A stretch of 64,000 nucleotides of DNA, taken from positions 2,320,719 through 2,384,718 of the forward strand of contig NW_002060953.1 of assembly GCF_000150275.1 (NCBI RefSeq). Reading direction: 5' to 3'. The DNA is from Trichoplax adhaerens. Lineage: Eukaryota > Animalia > Placozoa. The notes under the pieces are model-generated. The model was not told the DNA's origin. It did no database searches and saw only the letters and a program-made list of their open reading frames with translations. The stretch's first letter is position 1, and each line of letters begins with the position of its first letter. The translations under genes and the position numbers were made by a program. Below, piece by piece: positions 24,929-36,700 of this stretch.

Positions 24929-27900
24929 ATGAGTGTTAGACGCCAGCTAACAAGAACCGATTGCTATCACGGCAATATCGGCCGAAAGAATGCAGAAGAA
25001 GAACTTAGAAAATCTATCTATGAAGTTGGTACTTTTTTAATACGAAGTAGTACGGACAAACCAAATTACGCTCTATCGCTAAAAAGTCCGCTAAAACAAT
25101 CTATAGCTCATTATTTAATTTTATGGCACGGCCCAATTTATCAACCGTTTTACAGCATCGAAGGTGGCCCACTCTTTCCCAATATCAGTCAATTAATCTC
25201 GTTCTATACCCGCTCCAATGAAGGTTTGCCTTGTACTTTAGGCTTTTCAGTTATTAGTAATCCGATGCCAAGACTACAGCAACCACCAGCTTATCCGGAA
25301 ACACTTATTGATAAGATCCATGTGGCAGCATTTGCTGGCGATTTAACTACAATTCAAGAGTTAGTCAGTTTAAATCCGAACTGTGTTAACATTAGAAATG
25401 CCATGCAATGTACACCCTTACATGTAGCCTGTCTGTGCTGTCATGAAAATGTCGTCATTGAACTATTGAAAGCCAAAGCCGACGTTGATGCCGTAGACAT
25501 CAGAGGATATACGCCGTTAATGGTAAAATTAATGCTATAAAATTAAGTAAAACCATTTAAAATAAATATGTGAATAGGTCTACTTATTCGCTTATTTTCT
25601 TCCATATAACGTGGCCTACATAGTTAACTAAACGGGATAGAGAATTCTGACTGTTCTATACTGTAAATAATAAATGAAGTTTATTAGTTAATTTATAGTT
25701 GTACAAAATCGTTATTATGAACTAAATTACTTACTAACCCAGTAATCGCATTTGTCTACACGATTGTAGTGTATGGGTTTATAACCTATAACTACTATAA
25801 TTAGCTGAATTCGTTACAGTGACATCGGGTAGATTACTAGATTACGTGTCATGACTGTTAATAGTATTAGCTCTGATGCGAACATACTCGTATACTCTAT
25901 ATCTTACTATAGTATGCCGCAACTGTTGGTCATACGACTATATGCCAGAAATTATTAAATGATGGAGCCAACTTGGCCCAACGTAGTCCTGTTACTGGAA
26001 GATATGCACTTCATGAAGTAGCAATGAGAGGATATCACAATTGCTTACAACTATTATTGGATAGAGGAGCTCCATTACTGGCTACTTCATATGATAATAA
26101 AACTCCTTTAGATATTGCGAGATTCTGGAATCGAGAAGAATGTTGCAATATCCTAGGTAAATGTCTTACATTATTATAACTACGTAAAAATTTTAATGCG
26201 AAAAAAAGTTATTGAATTAATAATAATTGTCGGTAGACCGGGAAAGTAAGAGGGAAACTGGAACTATGGATGGCGATTGGTTGCACCAGGACATTTCTGA
26301 TGAAGTAAAATTTTTACGATTCAATCAGTTAACTGATCATGCAAGAATATGTACTAAATTAGAGTAATTAGCTACTAGTGAATAATTGTAGTAGATATTG
26401 CCGTAATAATTTTATAATAAATTATTTTATCCAATTTTTTGTAACCATGAGATATTAGTACAATACTGTGTTTCGCATATTATTTAATTTTCATGAAAAT
26501 TTTTATTAATAAAGCAAGCTAAAGGCCTCATACGTGACTACGGAAACACAGAAGGACTTTTCATCGTAATTAAAGTTGCTGATACGGCCAATCCTTTCTT
26601 ATTGCTTTTATGCGATGGCACACATATAGTTTCATATCCGATAACTTTAACGGTATATGTTTCTTTTCACAAGTTCGAATGTGTAATATCAAGTAGTCAG
26701 TGTCTTAGTATGAAATATCTAAGAAATATCATTAATTAATTAAATTATTTTACTTACTAATACAGTCCTTTATCACAGCTAATTATGGAAATATTTTTTG
26801 TTAGCAGGGCAACGGATACTCCATTCGCGATGGGCCAGTGTTTAGCTATTTATCTAATATGATCGATTACTATAAGAAATGGAAGGATGATACCTTACCG
26901 CTTAAGCTGAAAAATAATTTATCTAATAATGTATGTTAACTCATTACATAATTAGAGTCAATAATCGGATTTTGAGATTTCCTTCTGTTATAATAAAATC
27001 CAGATATCGTAATGAGATTCAATGAATATATGTATGCACGAAATATCACTTTATGAATCCAAACAAAACTAACGGTTTTTAATTATAAATATATCTAATT
27101 GATAGACATTTGATGCATTAAATTTATCCAATAACAGTCTGTGCTAGTATAGATGCTACGCAAACCAGATATCCCTTACACACTTTTTGATTGAATTAGT
27201 ACCTCAGGATTAGTACATTTTGCTCTGTACCTTTGTACCTAAACGTTGCAACATATATTTCTCTCACCCTTAAGCAATTGTCTTTATTCCGTAATTAGGT
27301 AAAGCCTACTTCATCTACAGCTCATCTAATCAATTACAAAGACATGGAAAAACTTGGCGAACTTGGATCGGGTCAGTATGGTACCGTATACTCCGCTTAC
27401 TGGCATCAGGGCGACGGGAAAAAAGTAAGTAAAATATCGTAATTACTGTATAATTTGCGTTATTTAACATTCAGAAAATGGAATTATTGCCGCTAACATT
27501 CTAAATTGGTGCAATACTTTAAACAGATAAAGGTTGCCATGAAACAATTTTCGAACGATTTAGATACAAACATTTCTAGTGTAAGCATACTAATTACAGC
27601 TAGTCGATTTAGTAAACTGATTTGATTAGTAAATCTAATTTACCTGTCAATCAAAGACATTTAAAACAATAAAATCTACCTAATTGGAAATAAATTCGAT
27701 ACTATACGGTATAATAATACCTTTTAATCAATATTAGGATATATTAAAAGAAGCAAACATTATGCTAAATTTAAATCATCCGAATATCGTTCGCTTGTTG
27801 GGTATGTCCATACAGCCACTCGTTTTAGTAAGTTGAAAGTATTAAAAGAATAATTAGCTAAATTAAGTACGGCTTTGCTCTATTTACAGATTGCACAATT

Positions 27901-29257
27901 TGTAAGTAAAAGTAATCACCTCTAAATACAATGTAAATCTATTTTAGATTCAAGAATTAGTGGTTATGGGATCGTTGATTGATCATGTTCGAAGCTGTGC
28001 TGAAAAGTCAATAACCATCGCATTAGAAATTAAGTTAGGCTGGGCAAAGCAAATAGCAGCAGGAATGGCTTATGTTCAGAGTAAAAATATTGTTCACGGT
28101 GATTTAGCTGCAAGAAATATTCTCATGCAATCTGAAACTGTAGTAAGCATTTGATATTTCTCATCAAATGAGGGCATTAGCAAAAACACAATATTCATAG
28201 TACGCTCATTTTCTGCGAACTTAAACTGTAGGATAGGTTTAATATATTTAAATGAAAATATGTACTGTGAATAGGTTAAAATCACTGATTTTGGATTAGC
28301 AAGTACAACTGATAGATATATCAACAACCCGTCTGATGCCAAAGAAGACGCAAATAGATTATTTCCAATTCGATGGTCAGTAAATAGTACCACATTTTCG
28401 ACAGTCATCAAAGTTGATTGTTAATTAGATTTTGAAATTACCTTAGCTAATGTTAGGATGATCTCTATGCGCATGTAATTTACAAGTCTAATTTAGCTTA
28501 GACAGAGCAGCATAGTATGTTGTTAAAATTGTTACACTAACAGACGATGACTATAATTACTTCTTTTTTGTTTCAGATATCAACATGTATAAATTAATAT
28601 CCGCATTCTTCATTTCTTTTAGGTATGCTTTTGAATCTTTATTTGACAAAGTATACACAAGTAAGAGCGATGTTTGGAGTTTTGGTGTTTTGCTATGGGA
28701 AGTATTTAGTGATGGGCAACAACCATACAAAGATATACCATCTGTGCGTGAGGTAATGGTATCATTATTCAACTTGCACAGTAAACTGCTTTAATATAAA
28801 TCTATTATAAACTTTTGATAAGTTAGCAACTATACAACAGGCAATTTTCGGATTTATGAATATAAATCAAGTATAATTTTGGATATTGTAAGAATAAGCA
28901 TTGCAGAATATTGATAATGTAGATTACTTAGAATCTTCTACGCATAAATCTGTATATACGATTGTTTAGTTTTATATATCTCATGGTAGAATATGTTAAT
29001 ATTGTAATCTCTGAAAAATAGATCTGGTAAATTATTATCAGTCATAATGACGGATGTTTACTTTTTTATTCTGCTAACTTAACGACTAATAATAGATCAT
29101 GGATTATTTAATTGCTGAAAAAAGATTAATTTTACCTCGTGGCTGTCCAACTGATATTTGTAATATCATGAACACGTGTTGGAAAAGAAAGCCGGAAGAT
29201 CGTCCAACATTCGCAAAGTTACAGCAGACCATCGATGAACTAATTCAGAGTTGCTAG
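24929..29257 (+). CDS. Shark/HTK16-type non-receptor tyrosine kinase (SH2 - ~5 ANK - SH2 - TK), ~12 coding exons
   Basis: SH2 ([22 protein letters not shown]), ankyrin repeats (TPLHVAC, GYTPLMYAA, ALHEVA, TPLDIA), second SH2 ([27 protein letters not shown]), kinase motifs [52 protein letters not shown]; TAG 29255-29257. Confidence 0.92.
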
Positions 29258-30857
29258 AAACAAGATTGATAGTAGTGATTTTAATCAGAATCAAAAATTA
29301 AATTCTCGTTCTTCGATGGTAGTACTGTTTAATTTACCAAAAAATTAGGCTGACTTGGACATTCCATCTTTTTAAGATTGCTACTCTCTAAAGCCACTAG
29401 AATTCAAGACAAACTTTCTTGGATATCTATATAGCTATCAGCTAATGAATGCTTCTTTGTGTAATGAATAGCACTATACTGACAATATAAATTAAGTAGC
29501 TTGCTGCAAAACAAATTATTAAGTTAAGTTTAACTCCGGGGATTTGAGCATATTCAGTTTATCGTCCAATTAATTACATTAATTGATTAATCCTGTAACC
29601 TAGATTACTTTATTTACAATTTTCTATTTCATATTAAATCTCATTATGTACATTATATTATCATTTACCTTTGAACTCATTAAGTTTTTACCCTGCTCTA
29701 AATAGCTTTAGTTAATATTCATGGTCAAGCAACAGTTAGCACGTTACAATACTTTCTGTGATTGTGGATCGGAACAATAGAGACTAAGAGTAAATATATT
29801 ACTTGTGTAATTGTATTAAGAATCGGTTTATTCTTCCATTTAAAATTTTGAATGTTTAGAGTTTATTTGCATGTTAACTTGGATAGTGCTTACGATATAA
29901 TTGCTAAATACATCAGTAGGTGCCATTACCGGCGTTGAAATGATACCATAATCCTGGAATGATATATTGGTATTATATCCATTGCAATTAGCATGATGTG
30001 TTTAAAATATACTTGTGCTTTGCTTTTAAGTATTGGTAATAGCTACTGTTATCATTATTCTAAGAAAATAAAAGCATAAGTAAAGAACAATTGTATTAAT
30101 CTGCTTGAAGGATAATTCCTAGCAGAAATAAATTTCGTAACTTATATCTGCATAGTTAGCAACAAAAGAATTTTACGAAGTTGAATTTAAATGCAACTTA
30201 AAAAGATATGGGCTTTTTACGCTTATACTATATCTAACAAATTGCGTTGATCCTAAATAAGTAAATACAATACATTCAAACTGCGATATTCACGGTCTTA
30301 ATAAAAGAGAGCCAGTAAATTTCATCAAAACATGCATCCAATAATCGTGCTAAAACAGAAGTTTATTAGTTTGTCTTATGATATTCAGAAATTGTAATAA
30401 GGATACCTGCGAGTGAAGCTATCAGCTTTCCGTCGATGTATTCATTTAATCAATAATTATCTACCATATAACAATAATTACTTATAATGCTACATAATGA
30501 ACAAGTACAATATGTAAAGATTAACTGGTCGCGATTTCTAATGACGAGTTTTATAGATCTGACCATAGCTTGAAATATATGATGTTTGACTCAGAATTCT
30601 TGCAGATAAAGATTCTCACAAAAACTTGCATAGAACATATTCTTTATGATTAATATATTGAAAAGTTAAAGTTTAGTTTATCTCATTACAGTAAACGTAA
30701 ATATTTACACGTATGAACTATGCAATATTGTCTTGCCTTTCGTCAGAAGAAAATTTTAGGATATCAGAAATTACGATACTATGTATTAAGATACTCGTAA
30801 ATTGCAAGAAGTTAAGATTCCATTGAAACCGTAAAATCTTTCATAATGATGAATAAT

Positions 30858-31899
30858 TTAAAATTTGATTTGTTCCGATAAAATTAGCTTGCTGGAAATA
30901 ATATCTTTTAGCCATTTTTCTCGAAAGAACACTTGGCCAGGCCTACAAGAGTTTAATGGCATAATTTATTATCACAGTTACTAACAAAGAATATTAAAAT
31001 TTTGATGAAGTAAACAATCGTTTATATGATCAATTGCCCCTCGATTTATACTACTATACTCGTATTTACAGTTCATAAACAAAAACAAAGATATAGCTGG
31101 AGATGAAATTGTACTGTACTTAATTTATGTAGACATTATCATTGTAAACTTACCGGTGCACCAATTTATGAGTCTCAAATACGAAGAAGACTTCCACTGG
31201 CAGATCCTAAAAAGCACGTCAATATAGTTTGATAAATATATAATACTCCAGTTTTTATTTAATTGTAAATACTATCTCTTAATTTGGCTTGTAGGGATAG
31301 TACTGTATAACATCATAACTCACTTTAGGCTTTATTTCGCTTAGGCATATCGTAAAATAAACAGCAGCAGTAGCTCTAGGGATGGGTTTTCGCCTTGTAG
31401 GTATACTCCATAAGACGCGATATCGGTATAATTTATTATAAGGGTGATCATCTTCTTTCAAGAAATCAATGCAGTATAGCCAATTACTTTCGTATTGCCA
31501 TGTCTGTTAAATAGGTTAAAGCAAACTGCTATAGTAATGTATATCTTTTTTCAAGCACAGATACACACAAACACACACACACACTTATAGTTTATTATGA
31601 ATCTCCTTAACCTTAATGTATTCGTTTATTTGATCTTTTCCTTTTTCAATAGTAAAGTCGTTGCAAGTAGCCCATGATATATTAGGTCCCTTCTCGATGA
31701 AAGTGTTATTGTTGGGTAATGTTACTGCAGGCTCAAAATCTTGATATGTTGCACGACTTTCACTAGAAATAGTTGATTCCACATCATCTAATTTAAAGTT
31801 TGGAGAAGGGGTACTTCTAAATTCACGTTCTAATTCTTTATAAGCTGAGGCAATAATTTGATTGATAAGAGAATGAGCTTCTTCTTGTAAAGCTGCCAT
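30858..31899 (-). CDS. AKAP14: A-kinase anchoring protein 14 (AKAP28 family; ciliary)
   Basis: Four exons (31899-31612, ~31503-31324, ~31206-31154, ~30942-30858): amphipathic LINQIIASA helix, ISWATCNDFTIEKG, TWQYESNWLYCIDF, YRVLWSIPTRRKPIPRATAAVYF, LPVEVFFVFE..LVHRPGQVFFREKWLKDII. Confidence 0.88.
31563..31584. repeat. Imperfect (CA)n microsatellite in an AKAP14 intron
   Basis: acacacaaacacacacacacac. Confidence 0.8.
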
Positions 31900-33002
31900 A
31901 CTATGAGAATAATATTTATTGGTTTAGCATAAAGTAGGCGATAATTGCAAAGAAAATCGTTTACAATATTGATTGATCGTCATCCGTACCTACAGCAATT
32001 GGTGTTTCAGTTCTTTCAGCAAACCTTGAAAATACAAGATAATAGTACCTTAACTGGTCAGAATCAAATCTTGGAGAAAGATGATTTTTGTTAGAAGTGG
32101 AAATACTAAGAAACCTTCTTGCAGAAACGGGTTTTAATTATTTATTTTTATTTCATTGATCAACTATCAGCTGGACCCAGTCCGCATTGAACTAATTCTA
32201 TTTATTGAGGCCTTGAGTTATCCGCTACCAGTTAATTCTATCGTATCCTAATTATTCCCTTAAAGAATCAACAAAGTAATAATGCAGGGGTTGTACTATG
32301 ATGATATAGTGCAGCCTATAATTATACATTTAATCATATGGATTTGATGTCGGTCGTGTTTTACAGTTTTCTGGTTAAGTCGAAAATAGCATTTAGCATA
32401 GTAAATTCTCTTGCTGTTGCGATGTACACTGTACACAGGATACTCTATCGCAGCACTGTACTGCATTCGCATCACTTGTCGTCATAGTAACGAATCCGTT
32501 ATTGCAGTAATAGAGTACTGTACATTGTACAAGTGGACATTGCAGTCCAGTAAGACTAGAGCGCAGTACAGTAAGGTAAAGACATCATGGGTAGGATATG
32601 ATTATTCATAAACTAGTGGCGAATAGGTATACGGTATACTCGTCTTTCGTGAATATTTCGATGGTACAGTATTCCTTTCGTTCCTTCAAAGACTATAATG
32701 CGTAGACCAATCTTTACAGTCGTTGCATATCATGTCCAATTTTTTCCAAGTTATACTGTATCTACAGAAGGCAATGATTCTACTTCTTTGGTGTTGAGGA
32801 GGATAAGACAATCTTCGACACCGCTGTACCATAGTAGTCCTTCATTTTCCGCAATTTATCAAGAAATATCGTAGATACGTTTCCGTTCATTCAGAGCTGG
32901 TTAGAGGCAAATCAGGGCATGTTATCTAGCCTGCAGTAAAACCTATCGAAGCTGATCAGGCTGATGGATCTAGGAGCTGATCGACATTTGACATGGTCCA
33001 AT

Positions 33003-33480
33003 GTCTACTGTGTACTGTACAGTGTACAGTACAGTTCGCTACCCTACTGTGTTCAGTGTGTGTGCAGTACAGTACAGTACAGTACTGAACATGACAGTAC
33101 TATGAAGTACAAAATCTTTCTAGTCTTACCAGCAAGATTTTACTACAGTGGCCCATGTAAGGTACTGTACATTGTGCAGTACTGTACATACAGTATGTAC
33201 ACTGTACAGTACTATGGTGCAGTTTTCGGAAAAAAAAAAAGAAAAACTCTACTCACTGTGCAGTACTGTAACTCTAAGACTGTACAGTACTGTACAGTAC
33301 TGTACAGTGCACAGTACTGTAACTCTATGACTGTACACTGTACACTGTACAGTACAGTACAATACAGCTGTTCATGAACTTCATGGTTTGATACAGTACA
33401 GTATAGCAAAATCACGCAGTTTACAGTACACTGTAGTGTAGTCTCTAGTCGTAGCATACTGTACACTGTACATACAGTAT
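33003..33480. promoter_or_regulatory. GTAC-repeat bidirectional promoter region between AKAP14 (-) and PSMD1 (+)
   Basis: Long, uninterrupted array. It includes (ACTGTACAGT)x3 at 33279-33308 and the direct repeat CAGTACTGTAACTCTAwGACTGTACA at 33261 and 33312. A weaker patch lies at ~32420-32575. Confidence 0.6.
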
Positions 33481-33747
33481 GCTAACCATAGCACATCAAA
33501 TCGTGCAAACCAAAGCGGACTGTAACTATACATTCAACGGTGCTGAAGCAACACGGCGGTCTCCCTACTGACGGTACTGTACTGGAGAACCTTTGCGAGT
33601 TTGCCCTGCAAATTTTCCCACTGCGGTTGGCTTTTCTTCTATTGTGCAATCCGCAACGGTAGCTTGAGTTCATTGACTGGAAGTCTCCTTTCCATCCGCC
33701 ATCCATTTTCTCTGACTGGTCAAGAAATCTCTTCAAGCTTGATAATC

Positions 33748-36700
33748 ATGACCCTAACATCAGCAGGTATGTCCATTCTGCTTGTAAACTAAAAGTAAAA
33801 ATGGATGATGGTTAGCGCGATAAAGTAGATGAGATACGCTAAGCAGTTCTACAGTACGGTACGAGTTCTATCGTGCTTCAATGATTCTCGCTGACTTCAC
33901 TCTGAGTCATCACAGACGTGGCCATTAGCCAATCCATCAATCGACGACTTTTACTTTTAACAGGGTAGACTAGCTTCCAGTTATTCTTCAATCGTCAATA
34001 AAATAAATGTTTTAAAAGTTGGATTAGCTTCTTAGGTAAAGGATGATCATGATAATAGGAGGAAGTCAAAGTAGAATGAGTCCGAGTGACTCAGTATAGT
34101 CATTGTAGAGTAGACGATACGAGTGACAGTCTGTACGACTTTTGGCTTCGAGTGACTGAGGGTAGCGTTGAAAGTCGATCCATCTTGGCTGTTTTACTAT
34201 CCGATTTCCTGTATTAACAATTTGTAATTCAAATTTTGTTTATAATTTCTTTTTTGTAGCTGGAATTATTTCCCTATTAGAAGAAGAGGATACGCAATTA
34301 AAGGTTAGTCGTCGATGTCTACTGAATAGCAAAAAATTGTCTTATTCTACAGCTGTAATATGTCGTAGTTAATTCCATCAAAGTGATAACTGACGTACAA
34401 CGATACACCATAGATGAATAAGTAGCATCGTGAGCGGCTAAGTTCTAGGATGACTTATAGATTGTTAACCTTAGCTATTTGATGATTGTTTCTATAGAAT
34501 TTTGCTTTGAGTAAATTAAATGACGTTGTCGACGATTTTTGGGCAGAAATTGCAGATTCCATTGAAAAGATGTATGTACAAAATGTTCAATTGTTCTATT
34601 TTGCCGTCAAAATTCACTTCATCCATAAGAGAACTTTAACTTAAAGTTAAATACAGTAATCTCTTTTTATCGTTCTACTTGAACTAATACATAATAGTGA
34701 GGTATTATATGAAGACGCTGGATTCGAATATAGACAATTGTCGGCACTTGTTGCGTCCAAGGTACGCTGTTTGCTTGTAAAATTCTGAAATACGTTTGTC
34801 ACAACTCTCTTTACTCGTATTGACAAAGGAAGCTATCAACTTGTGATCAGTATTAAATAAATTACCTATGATATGGTTTTAATGATAACATGCTCAAATT
34901 GATAGGTGTACTATCATCTTGGATCATATGAGGATTCATTGACTTTCGCCTTGGGTGCTGGACCGCTTTTCGATGTTAATGCTATATCCGAATATGTTGA
35001 TACTACGATATGTAAGATAGAGTCTATGCTTCACTACTAGTAATATGTTAATAATCTGATAATTAAGATGGTATTGATGTTGTAGTATGTCACCTATTTT
35101 AATTTTTTACTAATGAAATAACTTGCTCTATTCTCCTAGCCAAATGCATCGATCATTATATTGGTTTAAGAGTGAAGATAATGGCGAGCGAAGATATTAC
35201 AATAGACCCTAACTTGGAGGACTTAGTTAATAGAATGTTTGCCAGAAGTTTTAAAGAAGGGAAATTTAAGCAGGCTAGTTCTTCAAAGTTTAAATTCGGT
35301 TTACCAGCATTTTAAAATGACCACCCAGTATTAATGAGCTCTTTGTAAACCAGGCGGTTGGCATTGCTATTGAAGCTCGGCGTATTGATGTATTTGAAAA
35401 AGCTATAACCTCATCTGTATGTTTAATCACCTACTGCTATTAATACATAATTCTATGATATAAACCAATTTGAAAGTATAACTATAAATACGCTAATCAT
35501 TATCATTTTCGAATGAGATAACATTACCAAAATAGGTTAACTTCATTTCTTCATATCCTTTTGATATATTCAGAACAATGTAGAAGAAATGTTGGCATAC
35601 TCTTTTAAAATTTGTATGTCAGTATTGGAAAATAGACAGTTTAGAAATGAGGTACTCGATATTTTACGTGAATGACTGCAGCATGATTACTTATGAAAGT
35701 GCTGATAAACAATACTAGTAGAGAACTTGAAATTAATTTGAGCCACTTTTTTCATGTTCTAATAGGCTTTGAGAGTGATTGTGAGATTATACAATCAAGC
35801 ATCGAAGATCGACTACTTAAGCGTGTGTCAGGTAAATATTTAAATCCTGCAGTAATGCTAGTAACTGGTATCTTCGTAAGAACTGTATAGATATGCTTCT
35901 ATTCTAAGTGACAATCATCGAACCTGTGAAGTAGTCTAATAACTGTAAGATGTGCTAAGCAACTCATCATAGTTTGCTTATTATTGCTACCTAGTGCTTA
36001 ATTTATCTGGATGATCCTGTGTCTATATCAACTATTCTCACTCAGTTAATCCAATCGAATAATCAGGTATTTTGTATACTGTAAAATTGTGATTATAATG
36101 AGCACAATCTTAGTACCTGCAATTTTGTTCAACTTTTGCACTTATTCTTAGGATGACGTACTGTCTGCGTATCAAATTGCGTTTGACTTAGTTGAGAACG
36201 CATCTCAGCAGCTCTTATCAAAAATTCTGAAAGAATTCAAAACAACTCTAGATGCGAACAATACAATGGAAGTTGAAAAGTAAGTATTTTGCAAAATTAA
36301 TTCAAGCATAAATATAAACGAAAGTGCTGATTATTAATTTTATGTGCTACAACTGTAGCAACGTCGAAAATACGGATAGTCCCTCTGCAGAACAAACCAA
36401 CGAGTCTAAGGCAGACAATCAAAAATCAGATTCGAATGAGGAAAACAGGACGCAATCGTCATCTGAACATAGCAATATGGATAAAATTTTGGAAATATTA
36501 CGAGGTGACATTACCATAAAGTTGATGTCAGAATTTTTATTTCGGAAAAATCGTTCCGATATGCAAATACTTAAGATTACTAAGGTAACATGGAAATGGA
36601 TTGAATAAATTTTTTGCGTAATAAATAATCTATAAGTGTTTTCAATGATTAAATTTGTAATTGTATCAAAATGTAAAGGACTACGCACGGAATGGAATGG

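Noticed and set aside
32690-32995. Minus-strand peptide IAENEGLLWYSG.. faintly like a retrotransposon pol linker
   Set aside because: Several stops and too little similarity to support without a profile search.
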